Source: Callorhinchus milii (Eukaryota). Taken from it: a stretch of 64,000 nt of DNA. The position numbers and the translations under genes are program-made. Positions 34,640-45,645 of this stretch are shown one piece after another. The notes beneath the pieces were generated by a model. The model made no database searches. It saw only the letters and a program-made list of their open reading frames with translations, and was not told the origin of the DNA. The stretch lies in contig NW_024704770.1 of assembly GCF_018977255.1 (NCBI RefSeq), positions 3,410,001 to 3,474,000 on the forward strand. Direction: 5' to 3'. The first letter of the stretch is position 1; every line of letters begins with the position of its first letter.

Positions 34640-34656
34640 GGCCAGCAGGTGGCGTC
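34640..34656 (+). promoter_or_regulatory. CTCF-motif match between the ELOF1 and CNN1 3' ends
   Basis: GGCCAGCAGGTGGCGTC. Confidence 0.55.
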
Positions 34657-35544
34657 GTGCACTGGGCCACGTGTGTTACTGTGCAAGCACCAGTTTCTTC
34701 CCCCCCCCCCCCACACACACATGTATATACACACAAACACTGTTCCGAGAGAGCTTTAAATAGTCAACCAAGAAGTTTTAATCCATTAACACTCGGAAAT
34801 GGCTGCCTCACGTCCACATGGCTTCTCCCCGACACCACAGACTCACGGCATCTTCGCCCAACAGAACCTTCTAGAAACCACATGTGGGGATAAGCGACCA
34901 TTCACAGGGGGACACAAGTAGTCAACCACACGTGGTAACCTGGATCTCATTTGCTCCCCTTCAAGCAAGGACTTACTTTTGCATTATCCTAGTTTGGCTC
35001 ATTTGGGTGGGTCTTGTCCAACCCCAATAATCATTGACTTCTCTTCAAAGCATTCGGGAGTGGGTGGTGGGGGGAGTGTGACGAGTGGGGGGGGGGGGGG
35101 GGTGGGGGAGATGCGATTCCTTCGCTCTCATCTCACTGGGCTCCACTAAAATAAATATACAATCTACAAAGAAAAAAAAATGCTAAATTGGAAAGAGAAG
35201 ATACAATAATCCCAGGAAGGTCACTCTTGGAGACTCCAAGGCATTGGAAGGAAAGGGTGAAAGGTTCGGTGGGGCTCGAAGGTCCCGTTTCAGGACGGAA
35301 ACCAGGAAGTACTCCTTTGCACAGGAAGTAGGGCGATCAGCTGTGGGGTGACCAACAAGCAAGGAAGCCAGGGAAGGTAGTTTGAGGCTGGGACCAGTAA
35401 TGTGAACAGTGACAAGGTGTGTGGGGATGGGGGGTGATGGAATGGGGTTGAAAGACTCTTGGAAGGATGAGATCAAATGATCTTTGTGAGCGTGACTAAT
35501 AGAATAGATAATAATACTAATAATTTAATGAGGCGCTTGAAATC

Positions 35545-35910
35545 ATCAGGGGTTTTGATAGAGTGGATAGGGAGGGAGAAACTGTTTCCACTGGTGGGTG
35601 AGTAACCAGGGGACACAGATTGAGTTGGCAAGGAACCAGAGGGGAGACGAGGAGAAATTAATATTTCTGTTTACACAGAGAGTTGTTACGGTCTGGAACG
35701 CACTGCCCAAAAGGCCGGAGGAAACAGATTCAATGACAAGTTTCAAAAGAGACTTGGATAGGTACTTGAAGAGGAAAAACTTGCAAGGATATGGGGCAAG
35801 AGTTGGGGAAGGGGGGTAGTGGGACTAATTGGGTAGCTCTTCCAAAAAAGCTGATACAGCACAGGCACGATGGGCCAAATGGCCTCCTGCTGTGCTGTCG
35901 TATTCTATTA
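35545..35910 (+). mobile_element. CR1 LINE 3' fragment
   Basis: Encodes FTQRVVTVWNALP...SFKRDLDRYLK...QGYG (CR1 ORF2 C-terminus); 3' UTR GATGGGCCAAATGGCCTCCTGCTGTGCTG; shorter CR1 tails at about 24240-24330, 38190-38320, 52260-52310 and 63600-63710. Confidence 0.8.
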
Positions 35911-36165
35911 TTCGGTGACCGTAAAGAAATTGAAAGGCACCCACTACTTGAATAAGCATTCCATTTGGGTTGGGACATGAGCAGGTCAAGGAGGGAAGGA
36001 GACAGTGTGCAGGGCAAGGTAGGTGGGTGGGTAGGGAGGGAGGTGGGTGGGTGGGTGGGTGGGTAGGGAGGGAGGTGGGTGGGTAGGGAGGGAGGTGGGT
36101 GGGTGCACTTGGACGAAGCCAGTCTTTTGGTAGTGATGGAGGTGCTGCTGTGATTGTCTTGCGTC

Positions 36166-39100
36166 TCATTCAAAGTCCTGGTACGTTTGTTCCTGGTTGT
36201 GGTCGAGGTGTTGGTTGTACCTGTGGTAGTTATCTTGGTATTCGCCCTCGCTGCCCTCGGAGCCGCTGGTGTACCGGTAGGAGCCGTCCTCGGGAAGGGG
36301 GTAGCAGCCAGAGGGGCAGTATTTGGGGTCGCACACCGGCCGATTCATGCCGTACACCGTCATGCCTTTCTGCGAGGCCCCCTGGTTCGACCCCATCTGC
36401 AGCGACACAAAGCTCGAGTCGTACTTCTCCAGCCCCAGCTTGTTGTCAAAGATGTGCCTCCGTGTCCCGGGTGCCGTCATGCCAGCCTGACCAACAACAA
36501 CAACAACATCAACAAAATGGCCGCTTCACCAACAGCTTGCATTCACACAGCGACCTTCGCGCGGGATAGCATTTCTGAAGCGTGTGATGGTGGCGGAGTC
36601 TGACCCCGAGCCGGGGGGTGGTGGGGGAAGGGGAGAGAGAGAGGGAGGGGGGAGGTGACTGTAAGCACCGTCGAAAAGGAAGGTCTTCAGGTGGGACTTG
36701 AAGGAGGGAGAGGGGCTGGGGGGGGGGATTTGGGCCTGAACTGGGGGGTTAGGATTGGGAGGGGTGGAGGCCAGGGAGGGTTGGGGTGGGAGGGTATCGT
36801 CGAAGCGGAGGGTCTTGAAGAATGCAAGGGCGGGGGGAGCAAGGTGGAGTTCCAAAGGGTTGGGGCAAAGAGGCTGAAGGTCCGACCACCGATGGTGGGG
36901 TGGAGTTTTCGGGGGTAATAATCCCCCCAAAGAGAATCTTAAACATCGATCACTCAAACCATGACTGTTTGTGGGCCCCACATGTAGTAGGAAAGGGTTG
37001 GAGATGTCCTGGTGGGGGGGGGGGGGGGGAAGGAGAGGGGTCCATACCTGAGTAGCTCCCTTGTTGGTTCCCATCTGCAAGCTGATGGTGGTCTGGTCAA
37101 GGGGTTTCTCTGCCCCAGTCTTGGGGTCGTACAAGTGTCTCCGTGTCCCGTATGCTGTCATCCCCTGCTGGCTGGCAAACTTGTTGGTCCCCATCTGGGG
37201 GGGAAAAAAAGGGGGTACAACATTGAAATCTCCCCCAAACACCCAAAAATACAGTGACTCCACTTTACGGTATATCCCGTGAAGCATTTTGAGACGTCTC
37301 AACGACTTGATAAGGTGCCGTATCAGATGCAATAATAATCCTCGCGCAGTTTATTATTATTATTGTTATTATTATTATTAACTGATTATTTTTCTGGGGT
37401 AATAATCCCTTCAAAAAAGGAGAATAATAATAATATGGCCATTCCATCCACGACTGTTTGTGGGGCGTCGCCGTGTGCAATTGGCTGCCGCGTTTCACCC
37501 ACAAAATACGCAGTCACTACACTTTATTATGTATCATCCTCCCTGTGTTCCACTATATTTTTCTCCCCCACGCTCTCTCCCTTGGTCACGCTCACCCTCC
37601 CACACTCTGTATGTGAAGAATGAGGAATACTTTCCCAAGTATCTATCCATCTCCTTTTTTATCCTTCCCAAGTATCCATTGGCGATTGACTGCCGCGTTT
37701 CGACCACAAAACACACAGTCACTCCACTTTATGTTGTATCCCGTGAAGCGCTTGGGGACTTCCTCCTGGACATGAAAATGGCTGTATCAGATATAAGGGT
37801 TATTATAATCATAAATATAATAGTCCTGGCATTTGATACAGCGCCTTTTCACGTCTTAGAGGCATCTCAAAGCGCTTCACAGTAAAGTGTAGTGACTGTA
37901 TATTTCTGTGGGCGGAACAATGATTGTTTATTAATAATTATTATTGACTATTTGGTAATGTCCGTACCTGGAGGCTGATGACATTTTGTCCGGCTTTGAG
38001 CATTTCACTGTTGAAGGCTCGCTGACATTTCTCTGCGTAGCGCACGCCCAGGTCTGTTGGCACGTGGTGACCTTTTAATTTGGCCTATGAGCAAACGCAA
38101 CTCAACGTTAATCTGGGAACGACACAGGGAACTGAGGAACAGGAGGCCATTTGGGCCTTACCCCATCCCCACCCCTCACCCCTCCATCCATGTACGTCCC
38201 TTGGTATTAAGGTCGGGGTATCAAGGGATACGGGGTAAAGGCAGGTAATTGGACTTAATATAATAATGGCGGAACAGGTTGGAGGGGCTGAATGGCCTTC
38301 TCCTATTCCTATGTTCCTATCAGGAAGGAGAGGGCGGGAGATTGAGAGGGAGGGAGAGAGGAGTACGCACCACACTCGCGAGAGCCAGCAGCGTGGTTTG
38401 GACTTGGGTCAAGTTGCAGTTCTCAAATAAGTCATTGGCTTCGAAGAGATCGTGAGGTTTCACCCCATATCTGGTGATGGCTTTGAGGAAGTTCCCGATG
38501 TTGTCCATCTGCGATCAAAGAGACACGTTACACAACCCCCCGCGTGTCCTAACAGCGACCTGCATTTACACAGCGCCACTCACACAGGATAGTGCCACAG
38601 AGCGCTCGACAGTGGCGGAGCACAACTCCAAGCCAGGGGAGCGGGGAGGGGGGAGGGGACCGTAGGCACGGACAAAGAGGAAGGTCTTCAGGCACAACCT
38701 GAAGATGGGGAAGGAGCAAGGCGGAGGGGGGGAGAGATGGAGAGAGTGACAGAGTTTGGGGGCGTATAGAGGCTGAAAGCGCGGCCACCGAGGGTGCAAT
38801 GGAGGGGGGGGCTGGGGGGCAGGGGGGAGTGAGAGAGAGTTCCTTTGCACAAGTTACCTGGTGCCAGTTCTGTGGAGCACCACTGATGCTCTTCACTGCT
38901 CCCGGCTGTAGTTTGTTAATCAGTCTTCAAACAGAAGAGAACACGTGGGTTATAATAATAATAATATAACATAATATAATAATAATATAATAATTATTGC
39001 ATTTGACACAGCGCCTTATCACATCTTCGAGACGTTTCAAAGCGCTTCGCAGGACACACTGCAGTGTGGAGTGACTGTGTTTTTATGGGGGAGTTGGTGA

Positions 39101-41513
39101 CGATGGATGTTTGAGACAGACGCAGAGCGAGTGGCTCTGTCTCTCTCGCTCTCTTACTCGCACAGGACCACTCCGCTCTTCAAACCCTCCATGAAGTTCT
39201 CGGGGAAAGTGAAGCTCGTCACGTCTTCGATCCAGAGACGCAGTTCCTCCTCTTTCTGAGGGTCGTATTTCTGAGAGATCTGTAAAGCAAAGAGCAGAGT
39301 GAGAGGAGAGAGAGAGAGAGAGAGAGATGGTGGCAGGTCAAAGCACTGATACCCACACATTCCCTCCGTCTCTCTCGCCCGCTCCCTCCCTCCCTCGCCT
39401 CCTTCAAGACCCTCCTCTTCGACCGCGCCTTCGGTCGCCCTCCTACCCTCTGGCCTCCCTCCAGCCCCTCCTGGTCCCGACCACCAGCTCGGGTCCAAAT
39501 CCTTGACCGTCCAGGGCCTTAGGACGTCCTCGTCACGTGAAAGCCGCCGTGTAAATGTCCTGTGTTGTTGTTGTTGTGGTTGTTCTCGTCAGAAACACCT
39601 TCCCTCTTGAGAACACGCTCACAGTTCAGAGCCCTCCCCCCCCCCCCACCCTCCACACACACATACATACACACAGGACTGCAACAACAACAACTTGCAT
39701 GTACATGAGTCTGACCCCCGATCCAGGCCGTGCCCTGGAATACTGCAGACCCCACTGGCCCAGGAACCAAACCAGAGACTGTCACAGAGGGGGGACCTGG
39801 CCCGGCTCCATCCTGACACTGCCATCGCCAGCCACGCCAACTCGCGGACAGGTCAGCTCCGAGCAGCAACCGCCCACTCACCTTCTTCCTCCCCCGGAGA
39901 GGGTAAGAAAGGAAGTGGATGGTGAGGCTGAGACAGAGAGGAGTTCTGAGACGAGTGTTTATCGGAGACCATAAATGGAATGATACTGAGACACAGCGGG
40001 AGGGGGAGAGAGGGGGGGGGAAGGGGGGGGGGAGAGAGAGGGAGAACAGTATAGCATAGAAATTCATTACAACCTATTTTTACTGCCAAACTTCTCCCAT
40101 TATTTGCCCATACGTTACCCAGTGGCTTTAAATTCAACGCCAACCCTTAATCTCACCTCCCGCCCTCGTTCATTATTGAGTGATAATAATAATAACAATC
40201 CTTGCATTTTAATACAGCGCCTCATCAAGTCGTCGCGACGTCTCAAAGCGCTTCACAGAATGTACTGTTAAGAGTAGTGACTGCAGTTTTGTGGGCGAAA
40301 CGCGGCAGCCAATTGCGCTACATCCCAGAGACAGTCGTGGGTTGAGTGACCACTCAATTACTATTTGGTTTTGGGGAGGGATTACTCCCCTGGAAAGCGA
40401 TCGGCAGGTCATCTAACCAGTTTCCTACTTACTGCTGGGTAGACAGAGGCTCGTGTGTGTGTGTGTGGAGTAAGGAGATTTGCCGAAAGTTTTGTTCAAG
40501 GTCTGTCTCAAGACTTAACCCCTGGACGGGTCACCTCGATGACGTGATAAGACGCTATATCCAATGCAAGGATTATTATTTATATTATTATTATTCCACT
40601 CCCCTCCTGCCCAAACAGTGAAATGCTTTGGGATGTCCTCCCGACGTGAAAGACACTGTGTAAATGTTCTCCCTGTGACAGTGCCATCCTCAAGTCAATT
40701 TGGTATCACTCAATCTGCGATAGTCCTTCCCCCAAAAAATAAATTGATAAATTGATCCACGACTGTGTGGGATGTTGTTATGCACAATTGACTGCTGCGT
40801 TTCACCCACAAAATACACAGTCACTACACTTTATATAGTGTATCCAGCGAAGCGCTTATCAACCACCTGATAAGACGCTGTGTCAAATGTGAGGGTTAAT
40901 GTATTAATAATTATTATTAAGTAAAGCAGCAAAGTTGGTTTAATCAGAGTCCTGACTAATACCTGGAACAAGATTAGATTTGTAGTTTGAGAGAGAGGAT
41001 TGGGAGAGAGAGGGTTGGGAGAGAGAGGGTTGGGAGAGAGGGTTGGGGTTGGGAGAGAGAAGGTTGGGGGAGCGTGTTGGGGTTGGGGGAGAGAGGGTTG
41101 GGATTGGGAGACGGTTAGGGGAGAGGGCTGGGGTTTGGGGGAGAGGGTTGGGGTTGGGAGAGAGAGGGTTGGGGTTGGGAGAGAGAGGGTTGGGGGAGAG
41201 TGTTGGGGTTGGGGGAGCGAGGGTTGGGGTTGGCGGAGAGAGGGTTGGGATTGGGAGAGAGGGTTAGGGGAGAGGGCTAGGGTTTGGGGGAGAGAGGGTT
41301 GGGGTTGGGGGAGAGAGGGTTGGGGTTGGGAGAGAGGGTTGGGGTTGGGAGAGAGGGTGAGGCGAGGGTTAACTGAAGATACGACCCAGTGGCTGAGAAA
41401 AGCATTGCTTAGAAAAGCAACAGTTACTCGGGGAAAAAAAATTCCCCCTTTACCTTACGGTTCACCTCGGCCGATAACCCATAGGCCGGTCCCCGGACAA
41501 AATGTGCTGTCAT
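36166..41513 (-). CDS. CNN1: Calponin (CNN1-like, 323 aa); exons 41513-41454, 39279-39158, 38924-38858, 38508-38371, 38084-37968, 37194-37048, 36486-36166
   Basis: [17 protein letters not shown]; CH domain ([28 protein letters not shown]); three calponin repeats ([27 protein letters not shown]...). Tail-to-tail with ELOF1, as human CNN1 is. Confidence 0.9.
39969..39978. promoter_or_regulatory. Perfect CArG box (SRF site) in CNN1 intron 1
   Basis: CCATAAATGG fits CC(A/T)6GG. Confidence 0.55.
40995..41360 (+). repeat. G-rich tandem repeat (GGGTTGGGGTTGGGAGAGAGA)n in CNN1 intron 1
   Basis: Directly visible; many G3-G5 runs. Confidence 0.9.
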
Positions 41514-43019
41514 GGCGAGTGTCGAGCGTTGGCAGAGAAAACTCTGAATCAACAAGGGTCGTGGTCCAGACGCCTGTGTTGCCTTGCCCTTGCCCGTGTG
41601 TCCTGTCTGCCTCTCTCTGCAGCCTTTTCCCCCTAAACTTTCCCCAAACTCTTGAATAAGTTTGGAAGCTCTGCTCTATTGGAGGCAGAAATCAGCCAAT
41701 CTGCTCCCCGGGCATCCAACACTCCAACCAATTACAATTGGCCTCCATCCCCTCTCTCTCTCTCTCCCCCGTCCTCCAAACTCGTCCCCCTTCCCCCCCC
41801 CTCCCACCCCACACCTCCCCTCCCTCACCCCCCCTCCCAGGAGAAATTAATGTATCTGTTTCTCCTGTGATAATATCCCCAGGTCTCCGCCGTCGCCTGC
41901 GATTGTGAGATATTCCTTTATTGTAGATTTTTGGCAGCGTCTCGAAAGAGAGAGATTGAGACGAGTCATTGGGGTGGGAGGGGATTCCTGGTCTGGAGAA
42001 CCCAGGAAATGATTTTATATATATTTATATATATATATATAGCTTTAGCTCAGAGGTTAGACCCCTCACCTCGCAAGCGAGTGAGAGGACCCGGGTTCAA
42101 TTCCTGGGTGAGTCAGGAAGAAAACCGAAGTCCATCCAGTTCCCCTTCCGCCCATCCTGGCAGTCGCTTGACATGTCAAATCCCCCAACTTTGCCCTGTC
42201 CCCACCCCCCCCCCAACCCCCAGATATTATTTCCTCGCAGAAATCAACCTAATTTGTTCTTGAAACAATATTATTTCCGGGGTTGGGGGGGGAGGGAGAT
42301 GGGGAATGGGGGGTGGGGGGAGATGGGGAATGGGGGTGGGAGGGGGAGAGAATTGCTGGCCAGGACACGCAGCAACTTGCGACAGAAAGAGAAAACCCCC
42401 GTCTCTTTTCCCAGTAAGTGAAACGCTGACCCCAAGTCTGTCCTGGAACAGAGAGGCAACCGGGCGGGAGTGTGGGATTAAACACCTCGCCCAGAACAAC
42501 ACGGGCTCCTCCGACAAATTGGCACGAGGGAGAGGAGAGTCCGCAGGGACTTGGCGCTCGAAGGGTTAATCCCTTCACACTGGGAGGTGTGGAGAGAGGC
42601 GAGGATTTACAGGAGGGGGGGAGGGGGGTGACGGGGAGGGGAGGGGTGGCGGGGGGGTTAGTGGTAGTGGGATCGGTATCTAAACGACGAGTTCTAATGG
42701 GTGAGTTATATTCGCGCTCACCAAAGCCTTATAAGTCCTTAACCCATCATGGCTGGAGCTCACAGCCTGGAACAGTACAAATCTGGTAGCAATCACACAT
42801 CCCGAAGCTCCTGCCAACCGACAGAAATGTGTATAAACATTCTGCAGCTCGCACCGTGCAGCGCGAGCATTGCTGGCTTTATATGGACATCGAATGGTAG
42901 CTGCTCAATCTCTCGCTCTTCGGAGGATGAGCCTTTCTGGAGAGACGTTAGGTTAGACATTCCTCCTGCCCCGGTCCCCGCAGCCCTCACACCACCTCTC
43001 CTTATGGAGACATTCAACT

Positions 43020-43440
43020 CTCCCTGGAGCCCCGCAGCGTGGCTCGGAGGTTAGGGACCTCGCTTTGCGAGCGAGAGGACCCGGGTTCGATTCCCGGTCG
43101 GCTGAGGTGAAACCTTGGGCAAGTTTCCTTACTCCACACGCACACACACACGTGCGCACGCACACACACACCTGTGATTGTCAGCAGTCAGTAGGAACCC
43201 GGTTGTTAGTTGATTGGCGGATCGCTTCCCGGGGATAATAAGCCTTCAGAAAAAAACAAATAATAATAATAATATTGTGGTCACTTCAACCCACGGCTGT
43301 TTGTGGGGACGTCGTTGGGCGCAATTGGCTGCCGCGTTTCGCCCACAAAATACACAGTCACTACACTTTACAGCGTATCCTGTGAAGCGCTTTGAGACGG
43401 AATAAGGCACTGGGTCAAAGAGAGAATTATTATTATTATT
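43020..43440 (+). mobile_element. tRNA-derived SINE
   Basis: Family head, body and tail. Confidence 0.75.
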
Positions 43441-44084
43441 GTTCTATGAACCTCTGAGTCAGAAGGTTGTGGGTTTCAAGCCCCTCACCCAAGTCTGGGG
43501 ACGTTGAGCTCATGGTCTCGGCTGACGCTCCAGTGTGGCTGACGCTGGGGGTGTGGGGGGTGTTGAGGGGGAGGGGGGAGAGAGCCCCATATTGGAGATG
43601 CCGTCCTTCAGACGAGTCATTGATCTGTCGATTCAGGTGATTCTGAAAGAGAAGAGAGTTTCTCTCTCCCCTCATCGCTGAGGGGCCATCGCTGTGGGTA
43701 AATGTGCTCCCGTGTTTGCCCACAAAAACAGTCACTACACCTTGTCGTGTCATTACTGTCACGCGGTTTGAGCCGTTTCCATGTTACATTCAGTCAATGT
43801 CCAAATGCAAGATTTTCAATATTATTTTCCCCAAATCTCGGGTTCTAAACTGTAAAGTGACTCCTGACCCCCACACTCTGCCCCCCCTCCCGTCCCACCT
43901 CATGGTGGGGGTGGAGGGTGGGATTGTACCACCTCACTCACACAGGGTGGGGGGAGGGGAGACGAGGAAAAGGGGATATTTGGACCTTGGGGTAAAAGAG
44001 CAACGTTCACGATAGCGACTACCGGAGTGTATCACAGCCTCGAGAAAGGCAAACAAGGGTTCAACAGAGAGAGGGGCACAAACA

Positions 44085-44412
44085 CACAGAGAGAGGGATA
44101 GAGAGAGGGATGGAGAGAGGGATACACACAGAGAGAGGGATAGAGAGAGGGATAGAGAGCGATACACACAGAGAGGGATAGAGAGAGGGATAGAGAGCGA
44201 TACACACAGAGAGAGGGATAGAGAGAGCGATACACACAGAGAGAGGGATAGAGAGAGCGATACACACAGAGAGAGGGATAGAGAGAGGGATAGAGAGCGA
44301 TACACACAGAGAGAGGGATAGAGAGAGGGATAGAGAGCGATACACACAGAGAGAGGGATAGAGAGAGCGATACACACACACAGATGGATAGAGACACACA
44401 CACAAATGGAGG

Positions 44413-44499
<87 letters not shown>

Positions 44500-44500
44500 G
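44085..44500 (+). repeat. Compound minisatellite (GAGAGAGGGATA / GAGCGATACACACA) followed by (CAGA)n
   Basis: Directly visible tandem units. Confidence 0.9.
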
Positions 44501-45234
44501 AGCCAAAAAACACTGGTGTACGTCACGGCTGTTTGTGGGGACGTCGCTGGGCACCAACATAAACCGGTCACCGCACCAGCGCCGCAACGGCCCGGGAAGC
44601 ACTTTCGAGACGTCCTAAGCCGTCGAGTGCCGGGCTCAGCGCCAAATGATGTCTGGCGTTTTATTGTTATTTTTATTGTCAGGAAGAAGCGTGAGATAGA
44701 ACGAGTGATAGCGCCAGCCTGACGCAGCCCCGGCCTCGCCGCTAACACACTTTGCCTTTTTTAGTAGCCCGGCTGTGCGGTGAGGTCATCGCGTGAACAA
44801 CAAGACAACAAAACTCTCCCCCTCTCTCTCGCTCGCTCGGAAACGAAGAGCTCAGGGAAAGGGAAAGCAAACAGCAGGACTTGGAAGAAAGCCACGTTAC
44901 ATCACCTCGCTCTCTCTCTCTCCGTCTCTCGCAGAGCCTCACGCAGGGAGGGAGGGAGGGAGGGAGGGAGTGAGGGGAAGAGAGAGAGAGAGAGAGAGAG
45001 GAGCAGACCTGTTTCCAAGGCAGACCTTCGAGCCAGCGATGTTTGACTATTTAAGGAGGCGATTCAGACTCTGACCAGAATTCCTTCATGTCTCACTCGC
45101 TGCAATCCTGTAGGAATCGGAAGATTTAGTACAGAAAACTCAAGCAGATTAGACAGAGAGCGAGCGAGAGGTCCCAGGGGGAATTAGAGGGGGTGGTAGG
45201 GGGGGGGGGCGCACCCAGTTAATGATGACGGGAA

Positions 45235-45645
45235 TAATAGTAATAATATTGGCATTTGACACAGCGCCTTATCACGTCTTCAAGACGTCTCAAAGCGCTT
45301 CACAGGATACACTGTAAAGTGAATCGACTGTATATATTGTGGGTGAAACGAAAATAATTATACAGGTTTAAACAATTTTAATAGACCGCTGAGTGACCAC
45401 ATTATTATTATTATTTTTTGGGGAGGGGTTATTATCGCTGGAAAGCGATCCGCCAATTGATTTAACATCCAGGTTCCTACTCACTGCGAAGGTAAACCGG
45501 CGCGTGGGTGGGTCTGTGTGTCTGTGTGTCTGTGGCGTAAGGAAACTCGCCTAAAGTTTCGCCCCGACCTGACCCGCCCGGGAATCGAACCCGGGACCTC
45601 TCTCTCGCTCACTCGCGCTCTCACCACTGAGCTGCAGGACTCTAC
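45235..45645 (-). mobile_element. tRNA-derived SINE, reverse orientation
   Basis: Reverse family head (GGGAATCGAACCCGGG...CACTGAGCTGCAGGACTC) and tail. Confidence 0.8.

Noticed and set aside
40995-41360. Interstitial telomeric repeat
   Set aside because: Units are mostly GGGTTG/GAGAGA with only isolated TTAGGG
42793-43017. ORF MSNLTSLQKGSSSEEREIEQLPFDVHIKP... upstream of CNN1
   Set aside because: Short, no recognisable family, no convincing splice partners, and not the missing PLPPR2 exons
44032-44748. ORF containing AVTYTSVF, resembling PLPPR2 AVTYTAMY
   Set aside because: Lies in SINE-derived and microsatellite sequence; chance similarity
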